64,000 nt of DNA from Raja brachyura (GCA_963514005.1 OY740809.1:19220001-19284000), one strand, 5' to 3'. Positions 50,786 through 64,000 are shown, numbered from the stretch's first letter. Notes: generated from the sequence alone by a model not told the origin. Program-made: numbers and translations.

Positions 50786-53084
50786 CATCTCCCGAATGGT
50801 TGGGGCGAGTGTCATTTCTGCCCAGGTGAATGGTCAAATCACTAGTCCGAGTTCACCCCAACATTAATCCTCTGTGAAATGCAGTGCCACTCACCGGTCC
50901 CCTGTCACCGACTTAAAAACAATTGCAATTCAGGGGATGTGGATTATCTTTTGAAAGTTATAGAGACTATCCGGGAAAATGGCGTGAAAATACGGCTGTT
51001 CTTGTTGGAATGTGAGGTACTGAACCATCTATCTATCTATCGTTCGTCCTAAACTTAACAGCACGGAATATGCCCTAATCCTCGCATGAGGGAGCACAAC
51101 CTCCTCAGCAACAAGCATGCACCATTCAGTAGGAGCGCTGCCTTAAGTGAGTCGTGTGGCCGCGCAGTGGTAAAAAAAAAGATTTGTATTGATATGGCGA
51201 CTTACATGATTCCTATGGACGACCCAAATCGCCTCACGGCCAATTACGTGCAAGTGCTGAGGGAGTGGCAACGTGCTCAGAGTTGTCACTCCTATTTGTT
51301 AACTTGGCAGTTGTCTGTCTATCCCAGGATGCAAATAACCATCGGCAGCTCGTAAGGTTAAAACTACTCTAGAACAGTGTTCACAGTATCCGGTACTTCA
51401 AAAAAAAAGTAATTCATTGCGTACAGCACTTTGAAAGCGTTTGTTGTGAGAACGCAGTGTATAAATAGACACGCCAATCACGTTATCTTCATGATATCCC
51501 TCAGTAACCTTGGTGTCACACACTTTATATTCAAGGAAGGGTCAGTTTGTATTTTGCCGACCCTCGCTTTAACCCATGACCATGTTCTGCCTTCAAGCTT
51601 GGAGGATTATGTAAGGTGGTGTTGAAATATTAAATGTGAAATTCGTCTTTTAATGAAAAGCAGAGGCCTGCCCGTTTTAATTAGTAATTAACAGCCTAAC
51701 ATAAAAAAAACTTATTGGGAATCATCAATGTTACATTTCCCATGATTTTATCAGTAAACCGTTAATTATAGGGGGTGTGGGGGGTGGGGGGAGGTGGAGG
51801 GAGAAAAGCCACGTCCCCGTTGTGGATCAGACGGAATTTCATCACTGAACGGAAAAGGCCAGTGCATGTAAAGGGAAAGCAAGCCACAGAGCCTTAATCG
51901 TGGGACTCAAGGCCAACCAACAACGCCATTCAAGTTCCCCAATTAAGACATGTGATCTCTGATTCGCCCCCATTAAATTCCGTTGCATTAAATCCTCGGT
52001 ATTTGTTACACATATAACGCGAACAACCTTTTGCATGTTCTTTTCAGCAGTGTTGCTTTTCAATACTTTAACAAAAGGATTTAATGCATTAGTGGCATGT
52101 AGCGCACAAACAGTTCAGAGATCAGTGGCTGTAATCAATATCTAAGCGACACATAAATTATTAATATTAAACACATACCATGATATGATTTGAGTGTTAT
52201 ATAGATAGGGTGAAATTGGGGAATTTTAATTTTTAAACAGAGGAGTTTAGAATTTTAAAAAGTCTGATTCGTGACCTCAATTTAACTTACAAAGTCTTTA
52301 AGGAGTAACGGACCTCACTCTTGAGAGTGGAAGTGAGAACCAGTAAATATAGATCTCTTTTGCTCCTTCTGGGGCATTTGGTTGCACACTGGTTTTCTTC
52401 GTCATTGTGACCATCAGTAAATCCAACAATAACGTAAAATGGATTTATACTTCAGGATCTTGGATTAGTCTTTTAGGAGAATGCTAATATAATTTGAAAT
52501 AATATAATTGTAAAATGGTTTATATCTTGTATGGAGCACCGAAATATATCTTCATAGACGGGATGATTATTTCAGACTTTTACAGTTCTGTTATGAGCCA
52601 TTTAGCCAGATCCTCCTGCTATTTCAAAAACTGCTTTATTTTATTCTTGCACTAGGGCTATTCCTAAAGTGAGGTTATCAGTCTCTCCAAAGCTATATAG
52701 AATATGAGATGATGACTATATTTGAGCATTGCTGCTGCCAGAGTGACGAACAGCTATGTTATCAATCGAAATATATATCCATCCTGTGATATATCCGTGG
52801 ATGGGAGGAATACATCAGAAAGAGAGGTAGATGTGGAGGGGAAAAAAGCTCTTAAAATTGCGGTAGAACTAACTGCACTGAATTAAGATGACTCACTTCC
52901 AATTTGCACAAACAAGATAATAAAAATAAGCCTCAGGTGATTTTAATGCAGAAATATACGAATCATAAAAAATACATAGCTGCTGACAAAGCTGTTTGAT
53001 ATTGATTAATGCAAAGCTCCAGCTTGCCTACTGCTGGTCAGCTTCATATTGTTAAAGTTACAAACTCTGACTAGGTATTATGTC

Positions 53085-53430
53085 AGGGGTTATGGGGAGT
53101 ATGCAGGATAATGGGGTTAGGAGGGAAATAATAGATCAGCCATGATTGAATGGCGGAGTAGACTTGATGGGCCGAATGCCCTAATTCTGCTCCTATCACT
53201 TATGACCTTATGAATGGCACTTCTATCACAGAACATTAATACCCCCTTTATCTGTTATTTGCACTTTATCAATTTATTTATTCATGGGCATATTTACGTA
53301 TATAATGGTATATGGACACACTGATCTGTTTTGTAGTCAATGCCTGTTGTGCTAAGCAAAGAAAGAATTTCATTGTCCTGTCAGGGACACATGACAATAA
53401 ACTATTTTGACTTTGACTTTGACTTTGACT
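53085..53430 (+). mobile_element. CR1 3' tail (~53085-53212) followed by a tgacaataaa-family retro-tail (~53230-53430)
   Basis: gatcagccatgattgaatggcgg...gggccgaatgcc, then aatttcattgtc...gacacatgacaataaa(tttgac)n. Confidence 0.7.
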
Positions 53431-54181
53431 ATCACCACATCAAGCTTTTGTTCATGAGGTACAGAAAAGGGTTTATTTTCTTACAATTTCTGAATTATGT
53501 TGAGTTCTTATTGAGATACAGGTGGCTCTGTCTTGGCTTCCTTCTGGTATCTTGGTGAAATGACCATTGTAATTGTGAGCTGTAACAATGGGGTGAAGGT
53601 TCACTTCTTACTGGAGGTAATCGCCCAACGAATCAAAGACTTTGGAAAAACAACAATGGGGTCTGAAAAGCTGGCACTTTTTGGTGAATTCCTCAGGCAC
53701 GTGAAGGGAAAGTATGTTTGTTCCTTTCCCTCACAATCTATCTTCAAAGTGCTTCACCCTAATTGTCACAAAGGACTTGTTATGTCATGCTGCATGGAAT
53801 CTCTGCAAAATCAACTGGTATTCAATTCCGTTGATGCAAGATTTAGGAGAATGTTCTGAACTATTGCCGATGAGGTGGACAGACCAAGGCAAAGAGCTTT
53901 TCCTTTGATTACAACATAACAATAAATGTAATAATAATTACTCCAAGTATCTAATTCTCCTCATGGTGTCAATCAATTTAATCAACACTGCAAAGTTCTG
54001 ACCATTTGGAGCTTGAAAATTATGGAATAATAAAATGTTTTTAAAAAAGTTGTTGAATCATGTCTAATTTCACCCTTCTTCCCCAAAACCTGATATTTTA
54101 GAAAGTCTGTGAATTATATTTGGAAATCTGCTTCTGGAGGGTTTGAAAGGATGATGGCATGATAGCATTAGTACTGTCACC

Positions 54182-54560
54182 TTCACAAGTTCACAAGTTA
54201 TAGGAGTAGAATTAGACCATTCGGTCCATTGAGTCTACTCCGTCATTCAATCATGTCTGATCTCTGCATCCAGTATTCCTGCCTTCTCCCCATAACCTTT
54301 GACACCCATTCTAATCAAAAATGTGTCTATCTCTGCCTTAAAAATATCCACTGACTTGGCCTCCACAGCCCTCTGCAGCAATGAATTCCACAGATTAAGT
54401 ACCCTCTGACTAAAGAGATTCCTCCTCACCTCCTTTCTAAAAGAGCGCCCTTTAATTCTGAGGCTATGACCTCTGGTCCTAGACTCTCCCTCCAGTGGAA
54501 GCATCCTTTCCACATCCACATTATTATTTATTTATTCTGTAAGTTTCAATGAGGTCCCCC
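54182..54560 (-). mobile_element. CR1-clade LINE 3' fragment
   Basis: ESRTRGHSLRIKGRSFRKEVRRNLFSQRVLNLWNSL...FKAEID. Confidence 0.88.
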
Positions 54561-56134
54561 TATCATCTCCAGCCACAGCCATCACCATGTGCCATGGTGC
54601 TCTGCCCCTTGTTTAACTGAGGCTGCAACTCAATTGTGTCCAGGAGCCACTCACCACAGGACTCCCACACTGCCAATATTATTTTTCACATTCTCACAGA
54701 GCAAGAAAAGAGTCCTGTTAAAGTATCTAGTGATACTGCAATTTGTTTTGAGATCAACTTAATTTCACAGAAGTGGTTTTCTGGTGTGGGACTGACTGAA
54801 CTGACCAGAAAACAACAAGGAAACCGTTTTTTTCATTTATATATATATTCAACCAGTCTGAACGGGCTCAGGGCTGGCAATTATATTGTCAGATGTAACC
54901 TTGGGCATGGGTGTTCAAGGTGGATTAATTTAATTAATTCCCTCACTTCTCACAAATTGCCCCACTAGCCAATGCAACTTCGAATGTTTCTGCACAAAGA
55001 ATGAAATGATTCACTAGCACCAAACCAACAATTTCTAATGTACAAGAGGAAATGTTTTATTTTTCCTGGTTGATCGTTTCAACGCTCTGTGTTCCGGTAA
55101 AGTCTATTGATTTCTGTATTTCCTACCACACGATCATTCGTAGTTGATATTGCGTTGCTCGATGGGTATCTTATCAGTTCCGAAGTATGTTTTTGCTGCA
55201 GTTTTACACCTCTGCACAAACTGCGTTTCTTGCGATATTCCCTAATTGCAAAACATCAAAAGCTCATATTTTACTTTCAATTGAATCAGGCGGAAGTGCA
55301 AGGCCTGTTGTGGTCGAAGGACAAGCAGCAAGTTTGTTAAAAGTGTCCAGATGCTGGAATGGGAAGAATATGCCCTTGTCTGGGTGAGGTGCGTTTTTGC
55401 CAGGATGTTGATGGTTTCCATGGAGAGGGAGATGAAGGAATCACAGAGCTCACATTGAAGGGAGCCTAACCTCAGTGTAACTTGAAAATAAAAGCCAGAA
55501 TCAAAGTCTAGTCTTTGCATTGAGTTATGTTATGGAATGCAATCATTTTGGTCAAACTTTATAAAGAGAATCACTTTTGATCTTTTTTTTTAAAGTACAT
55601 GAATCACAACGTATTTTTAGAAATAACTTTATTCTTTTCCCGTTACATGGCGCATCTCACTTTATCAAAATATCTTATAACATTGTGGAAATCACAGTGC
55701 AAATATCCTTAAACGATTTATTCGGAATTATTATTCAGGCACCCATGCGTAAGGCAAGAACACACGAAGTTATGCGAGGAAAATATTTTGGTCAGTGTAA
55801 GTTCAGTAACATTTTTTACAATACCAGATTTCTATTTGAACAGTTGCTGTCAGTGGGATTTTGTGCAAATTATTATTAAAGATGCACAGGACAGATCTCC
55901 ATTTATCTCTCCCCAGCAATAAACACTTCGTGCACTGTATGGTTCATTCCTCAGTAATGTGCTTACAAGTAAATGTTATGTTATGGTGTCACTTCGCGAT
56001 GTTAGTAACTTTCAGGACGTTCGGCGTCTCCGTCTCCACTTGTGCCTCTACCATACCCAGTTAGAAATCACACTTTTGTTTTCCTGTTCTCGACTCTCTA
56101 AAGGAGAGGGGGAAAAATGGAACATTAAGCTGTA

Positions 56135-56865
56135 ATTTGAACACTGAATTCTCCAAATTCAAAGTAATCCATTGCCCCTCTCTATCCCAACCCCGCCCTC
56201 CCATCCCAGTGCACACGCATTCCCAGTCACACTGCTCATCCCCTACGCCCACCTCCCACCCACACGTCCCACATTCCCCCTTTATCCCGTTTCCCCTCTC
56301 TCCCCCCCCCCCTTCCGCCCACATTGCGCCCTCTAGCCTTACAATTCGCTCTGCTTCTCTCCTCGTCTGACACCCTTTTGTCTCCTTTCCACCTCTGCCC
56401 TTTGTCACTCAAGTCCCATCTGCTAATCAGACCCACCTTACCCACCAATTCCCAGATAGACACAAAATGCTGGAGTAACTCAGCGGCACAGACAACATCT
56501 CTGGGTGGCGTTTCGGGTCGAGACCCCTCTTCAGACTGGACGAGTCTGAGGAAGGTTCTCGACCCTAAACGTCACCCATTCCTTCTCTCCAAAGACGCTG
56601 TCCGTCCCGCTGAGTTACTTCAGCTTGTTATGTCTATCGAAGGCTTAAACCAGTATCTGCAATTCCTTCCTACCAATTCCCAGGATTTATCCTGCCCCCC
56701 CCCCACCCCTCTATTTCAGCATTCACTCCCTCCCTCCCCCAAACCCCAGTCAGTCCGAGGAAGGGTCCCGACTAGAAACGTTGTGTCCATTCCCTCCACA
56801 GATGCCGAATTCCTCCAGCACATTGTGCTTTGCTCAGGATTCCAGCCTTTTCAGATTCTCGTCTG
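56135..56865 (+). mobile_element. PLE 3' fragment with a nested inverted pair of terminal repeats (~56455-56672)
   Basis: The inner pair joins at cttcagactggacgagtctgaggaagg and is flanked by ccaattcccag on both sides (~56445 and ~56673). The outer element ends in another degenerate hammerhead copy near 56750. Confidence 0.75.
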
Positions 56866-58039
56866 AAAGTTACGGCTGTGATGCCACTGGACCTGTCCAC
56901 GGAAGCACTGCCTCGTGTATTGACAACCATTCACTATCCTGCCTTTACAAGGGCCATTTGAGATCAGTCACTTCGGCGACAGAAAGAGGTCGGTGGGAAT
57001 CAGTGTAAAGTGCATCAGCCCTGCTCTGCTCCTGACGCGAGGTGGGCCATTCAATTGTTCTGCGCTGCCTTCGCGAATGTCGTATCTCACACCCGCCCGT
57101 TGCTCTGAAATGTTCTTAGAAACACCAGCCCCCTCTCGCATGAGTTCGATAAGTGATTGAGAACAATCAGCGAACAACCAAGAAATACATGGAAACAGTT
57201 CTTGTGTTTTCGGACAGCGCATTTTCTTTGTACAGAGTACAGTGGCTCCACAGAGTATCAAATTATCATTTGTTATTACTAATTAGCATTTAATCACAAT
57301 TTTTCACATAAGGGTAATCACTTTAGCATGACTAACAACATATATTCTTGTTTTTATTTCATGCCCTAAGAATGCACGTCATTCGTGCAAGTGTGTAAAC
57401 AAAGGCGCTATGGACATTTTTGCATAGTGCAAAGGCACGCATTCTGCACCCACTCAAGAGTGAAAACAGCAACAAAGGGATTCCTCCACGAACAATCTCC
57501 GCATTATCACCATTGTCACAATGAATTCTTACAGTGCGTTTAAAACCCTCGCTTCTCTTACTCAAGTAAGGGAATATTATTTTACGCGAGCATTTATTTG
57601 ATTCCTCTCAATTTAAATTAATCATAACTCTGGCCCCTAGTCTCTGTTCGCTTACCACGTTATGGCATGCATCAGTTTGCAGCCCAATCCATCCCTGAGA
57701 GATTGTTCTCCCGGATGGGCATCTTAATGCTTGTTATAGCCCGGAGAGTAAGGTGTAATCCCCCCCCCTCCCCTCTTTCTTTCCAGCCACGTATGCTCTG
57801 AACTATGAGGAAATTTAGCTGAAGCGAGGGCAAACAGCCCAACATCCAAAGTTTCATTTCAGGGCCAGACCTACCATTTCCACTGGCACCGCTGTAAGAA
57901 ATGCTGTTCTTAAAGTATGTTTGCTCTGCTGACTATTTCCCTTTTGAAGTTGCTCTGAATCGGGGGGACAAAGTGCTGATTTTGTGCAGAGGTGGTGCCT
58001 TTTTTTAACCCTTTCCTGCAAGAAGCAGGGATAAAATGA

Positions 58040-58127
58040 AGAAGGGTCTCGACCCGAAACGTTGCCTATTTCCTTCGCTCCATAGATGCTGCCTCACCCG
58101 CCGGGTTGTTCCAGAATTTTTGTCTGC
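58040..58127 (+). mobile_element. 88-bp PLE terminal-repeat insertion with 14-bp TSD
   Basis: cagggataaaatga at 58026-58039 and 58128-58141. Confidence 0.85.
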
Positions 58128-58427
58128 CAGGGATAAAATGAGATGGCTCTTGAGGATATTTAAAGCTAAAACGACAGGCACGTTTTTGATTTAACTTGTA
58201 GCAGGTGATTAATTTACAAAGTTAAAAATGTCAAATAAAAAAAAACTTTTCTTTGTTAGAGATTTTGGGAAAAGAAAACAAATGAGTTTTCTTTCTAGGG
58301 GGAAATTAATGTTATTATTTGAATATTTTAACTTAAGGGATGCACCTAGCACCCTTGCAATCCAGAATCTGTGACCAGGGGAACATTGTATAAACACCAT
58401 AATTTCCAAATGAGCCACCTCAGCATA

Positions 58428-58513
58428 CAGTCTGAAGAAGGGTCTCGACCTGAAACGTCACCTATTCCTTTTCTCCAGAGATGTTGTCTGACCTCCAGCT
58501 TTTTGCCTCTACC
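58428..58513 (+). mobile_element. PLE terminal-repeat copy with near-intact hammerhead core
   Basis: cagt CTGAAGA a GGGTCtcGACCT GAAA c GTC acc. Confidence 0.8.
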
Positions 58514-61500
58514 TTAGACTTACTGGGATGGGGCAGGTGAACTAAATGCAAATTGGAGTACTTACAAAGAACACAAACGATTGCTAAAGTTTGTTAAAAC
58601 GTGATCTCTAACCCTATGGAATTTTCATTTTGATGTGTGAGATTACAAAACTACTCTTTGAAATGGTCCCTGAAGAAGGTCATCGTCATTTGTTTTATTA
58701 ACTTGCGGACTCCTTTGATGGGTCTAATTTAAATGAATTTCTTTCAAAAACCTTTGCATTTTTTTTGTAAAGCGACTGTAGGACTAAAATGTTAGATTAG
58801 AAGCAGGCAAGATTTAAGTCAATCCACAGCCGGACATCTGTTTACCGCCCACTGAGAATAATTATTCTGGACTGGTATAGTGGCGATGCAGGTTCATTGA
58901 ACATTAACATGTGTATGATTTCTCAACAACCAGAACTAACTTTCTCTTCAATTCCCTCTGCAGATTTTCTTGTTGTACTTTTCTCTTTCATCTAAGGTTC
59001 AGATCACCACTTTGATTCCAAATCGATGGAACATTTTACAAAGATTGTATATGCTTTATTCAAATTTTAGCTGCGTCAAGTTAGTAACAAAAACGATGTT
59101 TTCCATTTCCAATTTAGGAAGTGTTTCCAAGCCAAATCTTCGTTTGATATTTATTTTGATTGAGACTACAACAGTCACCAAAGAAACAGCCTGAAAGAAA
59201 GGGCAGCTAAGCAAGGATTCCTTTGAAGCAACATTAACAAATTGTTAAATAGAAGTTTCAAAATAAGGTTGTAACACAAATGTTCGTTGTGCATCACGAT
59301 TTTTGCTTCCCCTCCACTTCCAAAATGAACACTGATGTTGTTCAAAATGTTTATCCCATGGTAATTATTATTACGATATTAACATGTCTTTTTATAGTTA
59401 ATATTAAGATCAATGTTTCTAATCCACTGAATGAACAACCTATTGATAAAGAATGTTTTTCAAAGTTTTATATTTATGGAAACTGCACATTACATAGAGC
59501 AACCCCACAAATATGGGACTAATTTCTTATGTTGTCGTTGGCTAGATCTGCAGAACTTATGTGAAGGAAAACCCATTGATGGCTTTGCACAACACTTCAG
59601 TTATTTCCATGGCTCTTTAAAATGTTAGTCAGAGGATGAAGCCTCAGAGATACCACTTGGGAATATTTTGTATTTTGCTATATTATTTTCATTTATGTTT
59701 TTTTTGTGAATAGGAGCAAAATGTTTGCACAAAAGATATTTCATTGTTTATTCAGGAGGGATTAAATAGATTTAGTTGATAAATTCTCAAACAAGTTTTC
59801 AATAATTTTGATCTAATGTTATCATGTGTACATTAGCTGTCATTTCAGGAAAGTTGCTTTGTTCTTTTTCTAAATATGTTCCAAAATATATTCTCTTTAT
59901 GTGCAGCATGTCTTTACTAATATATCCCATGACTTTATGCTGCACCTAATGGGAATTTTTGCTGTTACAGTCACTGTAAACTGCATGAGTGTGACTTGTA
60001 CCTTGGTTAGTTTGTACTTTTTGCTGCAAGCTATTTCCACAGGTGCTGCTGTGGGACAAAAAACAATGAGCTGATCAATCGTGTAATATTTCAGCCTGGC
60101 CCCAGCCTCCCACTTTTCTGACTGTCTGCCTCGCCTCTCAATAAGCACATCTATAATCGCTCAGTTCTGGATGGCGGGATTTTGATTGGCATTTTCTCGG
60201 TGCACAGTGGGAGGTTTAATCATTCTGGATTCTACTTTTCCAGCTCTGAAGGCTGAATTAAAGCCTAGTATGAGAGAAAGAGCGATGAGAACATAATGAT
60301 AATGGCTGTAGGGGAGGAGAGGGATGAAAGAGATTTAAACCTAACTGTTGGTGGCCATTTTTGGAGAGGTCTCCCTTAGAGTGGGGCCATTGTGAGCAGC
60401 AGCGCATTGTCTCATCGTGTCCAAACCAAAATCATTTAAATCATTTTTCCAGCAACATTGATAAACAACATGGCGATGAAGGATTCTTTTAATCATAAAT
60501 TTTGAGTTGTTTGTAGGTTGAACAATTATGGCAATTAATAGATCTGCTGTGGTTGTGTTAATAAAAAATACAGCCCCATTACGCCTATTATTGGAAAATA
60601 TCAGTCTTGGAGGAATTTCAAAAATCAAATAATGCCAATCTTTATTAGCTGTCAAAATGATAAAGTAAGTAGGATTAACTAAGAGGGACAACAGGATAAG
60701 TGAGTAGGTGAGTGTGCTTTAGCTTTGGAAATAAGCATCTCACTGGGGCATTGTACGTAGAACTATAGGCCACAGAAATGGGTGGATAAAATAAATATTT
60801 TATTTTAGAATAATAAAATAAAAACAAAATATTTTTTTAAATGCTCATTAACAGCAGGGTGAGAGCGCGGTGTGTGTCGGTCCAATCCATGTTACACTAC
60901 AAAGAGTGAACAGTGTCTGGACTTTGAAGAACGAGGCTTGAATGCCTGAGGTGATCAAGCAGCTGAATGGGCTGCCAGAGGGGGTGGGCATCCATAATAC
61001 TGGATTTACTTAATGAACTGGAAGGGTCTATTCCATCCAAGATTAAGTACTCATATTTTTCATATTATTAGCGAGGAAGCTAATTATACTGGGGAGCAAT
61101 ATTTTTAAACTGTTTTCTTTCCAGTTGCTAGTTAAAAAAGGAAGTGAATAAAAATGAGTCTGATATGTTTCACAAACTGAAACCTGTAGGTAATGGCTCA
61201 GATTTTGCAGTGGGGATTTTGGTGAGTCCATCTGCAATCACCGTTATGTGGTAAATCAAAGAGCAGCTTGGAGAATCAGCTTGTGGTCAGTCAGGAGTAG
61301 AAACCTGGAAGTTGCCCTTCACCATGTTCAAACCACGGTGAGAAGTGTGGCCCCAAGTACAGGCATGCATGAAGTTGTGGCACTTACTGAATAGTTACCC
61401 ACTAAATATGTCAGAACAATTTAGTACTGTTGCATTCAGATATAAGTATTTTTTTAATGGTTTGTTAATTACTGCCAAATAATCTCAGTGGGACAGTAAG

Positions 61501-61787
61501 GTTGATTTATAAGCAAGAAGATTCAATCCATGATGTAATTATTGTGGGAGATTTAAAACATACACATTAAATAACTTTATTTTACTTCACAGTATTTCAG
61601 CTACCTTTCCACCTAGTTATTCTTATTTCTGTGCATGATTTTATGTTGGGTCAAATATTTTACTTTACATTTCCTGTTTCAGAGTCTGGATTGTATAAAT
61701 GTTCTCTGCATCACATGCACTAAATGCACAAGGCAGTGTTGTCGTATTCCATATTGCTCTTGAAGTTTGTTTCTATTAATGGCAATA

Positions 61788-61906
61788 TAACTGAATTTTG
61801 GAATCAAAATACAAAGCACATGCAATATTATTTAATATATTCTGTTCTATTTAAGGAAATGTAACTGAATTTTGGAATCAAAACACAAAGCACATCCAAT
61901 ATTATT
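61788..61906. repeat. 45-bp direct duplication
   Basis: 61788-61832 versus 61862-61906, 2 mismatches. Confidence 0.9.
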
Positions 61907-62913
61907 CTATGCATTTGGCATCAAAGAACCCTTGTGACCTTCAATGGGCATTCATCAACCTGATTAGTTGATGGGACTCACTGTTGTTTGGTTCCAGCTG
62001 TATATAGGTTGATGACAAATACCTTGTGTAGAAATCAGTAGTATGAACGATCTCAACCAAAAGCCGAGAGAAATCTGTGAGCAACTGTAGCATTATAAGT
62101 GACAAACATTACTTAATCGTTCTAAAATGTGTGTCGGCGTGTTACATGACTTATTGCTGAACCATTTTATTTGTTCAGGTTTTGGGTATGGGAGTCCAGG
62201 ATTACGCTGTTCCCCACTTAATGACTCATCTTAGGACATGAAATGACCACGTTTCACGTGTCTATTTTGTTCCACAAATTCAGTTATACAACATCTATTT
62301 CTTGCTCATACTATTGTCGTTTTCCATTATTAAACGTCTGATGTTTACTCAAATATCCACAATTTTCTATTTTTCATTCCACCTTAAATGATGCACGCAC
62401 TTACTCATAATCACCGTGGCAATTTTACGGTGTGTTATGTATTGCCTCTCTGCATTAAATGGTAAATTCTCCTTGCTGCAATTTATTGGGATTATTAGAA
62501 ATACTTATGGTGTAGAGTTTTTAGGTGCCCGGTACTATTAACGTTTTTGTTGCCTACGTTTTCCTGTCTAGCGAATCTTTAGCCTTTTATTGGTTTCCAT
62601 TTTCCCTCAGTAATTTCCCTCATGAGTACCATTGGTTATTTATGATCCTGAAAAGTAAGGATGGTTGGACTAAATCCATGAGGTTGAACACAGCCAAGCT
62701 CATTTCTGTTCTCACACGATGCTTAGTCATATGTACTTCCCATATTGTGCCACTGGATAGGAATGCCGTCTGGATCACATGCTGCCAGCTCATTCTTATG
62801 CTCCATCTATTACTTGGACTAAGCAGTTAACAGCTCTGATTGGGAATTAAGTCCCAGGGTATTGTTGAAGCAGACACGGGGACTCTTAAGGGAACCATTC
62901 CTTAATCAGCTTT

Positions 62914-63534
62914 AACATAGAAACATAGAAACATAGAAATTAGGTGCAGGAGTAGGCCATTCGGCCCTTCGAGCCTGCACCGCCATTCAATATGATCATG
63001 GCTGATCATCCAACTCAGTATCCCGTACCTGCCTTCTCTCCATACCCTCTGATCCCCTTAGCCACAAGGGCCACATCTAACTCCCTCTTAAATATAGCCA
63101 ATGAACTGGCCTCAACTGCCCTCTGTGGCAGAGAGTTCCAGAGACCCACCACTCTCTGTGTGAAAAAGGTCCTTCTCATCTCGGTCCTAAAGGATTTCCC
63201 CCTTATCCTTAAGCTGTGACCCCTTGTCCTGGACCTCCCCAACATCGGGAACAATCTTCCTGCATCTAGCCTGTCCAACCCCTTAAGAATTTTGTAAGTT
63301 TCTATAAGATCCCCTCTCAATCTCCTAAATTCTAGAGACTACAAACCGAGTCTATGCAGTCTTTATTCATAAGACAGTCCTGACATCCCAGGAATCAGTC
63401 TGGTTAACCTTCTCTGCACGCCCTCTATGGCAATAATGTCCTTCCTCAGATTTGGGGACCAGAACTGTACGCAATACTCCAGGTGTGGTCTCACCAAGAC
63501 CCTATACAACTGAAGTAGAACCTCCCTGCTCCTA
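62914..63534 (-). mobile_element. CR1-clade LINE 3' fragment, relatively young
   Basis: YRSREVLLQLYRVLVRPHLEYCVQFWSP...RGDLIETYKILKG...LWNSLPQ, 3' UTR and (tttctatg)n tail. Confidence 0.92.
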
Positions 63535-63569
63535 TAACAATAACTACTGTCGTTCATCAGATGCGTCCA

Positions 63570-64000
63570 CGGTTTCTTTATCGTCATGTGTACCAGATAC
63601 AGTGAAATACATTTTTTGCACACAGATCAGCAGTACTATCCCCGTACATAAACACAATCGCCTCAGGTTAGTGCAGAATGTACAGAACAGCCCACCGAGT
63701 CCATATGCAAGAGGTGCTATTTTGGCGCCATTTTACTGTCCCAGCTACAGCTGGCCACAAAGACCTGTTGCAGCCGTCACCTCCATTTTGGTCATCTCGT
63801 GAACCGGTATCTCTCTCCATGCCTGGCCCTCTTCCGCCCTTAATCCCTGAGGGGAGGGGAGGATGCCTCCTCCAGCCGACATTGAGGTCGCGGGAGGTGC
63901 GACCCCCCCCCCCAGTTCTGTCACCGGGCCCTTTGTCCAGCATCTGTCTCTCTCGCTGTCTCTTTTCACCCACTCTCCGATTCCTGATCCATGGGGCAAG
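63570..64000 (-). mobile_element. GC-rich retroelement 3' end (tgacaataaa-tail family), running off the window
   Basis: Minus strand ends tttcactgtatctggtacacatgacgataaa, the same stem-loop tail as at 830 and 2500. Confidence 0.5.

Noticed and set aside
56324-56866. 180-aa ORF and the many short ORFs with CWSNSAG or RDAACPAELLQHF motifs
   Set aside because: The recurring peptides are translations of the non-coding PLE terminal repeat, not a protein family.

Overview
Eukaryotic, AT-rich vertebrate DNA. The repeat content (HE1-type V-SINEs, CR1/HER1-like LINEs, abundant Penelope-like LTR fragments) points to a cartilaginous fish, probably a skate or ray; this is inference. I can support only one host gene: an intact, intronless class III POU gene on the minus strand (ATG 48912, stop 47779, 377 aa) whose diagnostic residues match POU3F1/Oct6. 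It has a CpG-rich CCAAT-box promoter and sits in a ~10 kb island free of recognisable young transposons. The rest is gene desert filled with decayed mobile elements: RTE/BovB, CR1, L2 and Rex1-like LINE fragments, V-SINEs, a DeuSINE, four PIF/Harbinger-type MITEs, one Penelope-like element (PLE) with a GIY-YIG endonuclease remnant, and roughly 15-20 short PLE terminal-repeat copies. The most interesting signal is that the PLE terminal repeat carries a minimal type-I hammerhead ribozyme motif (CTGAAGA-a-GGGTCtcGACCC-GAAA-CGTC), and copy ends and inversion junctions tend to fall at that motif. Several nested insertions can be reconstructed to the base, and there are candidate enhancers. Nearly all ORFs in the supplied track are spurious or transposon-derived. 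I found no convincing wholly new system. Repeat boundaries are read by eye and approximate unless a target-site duplication (TSD) is quoted.
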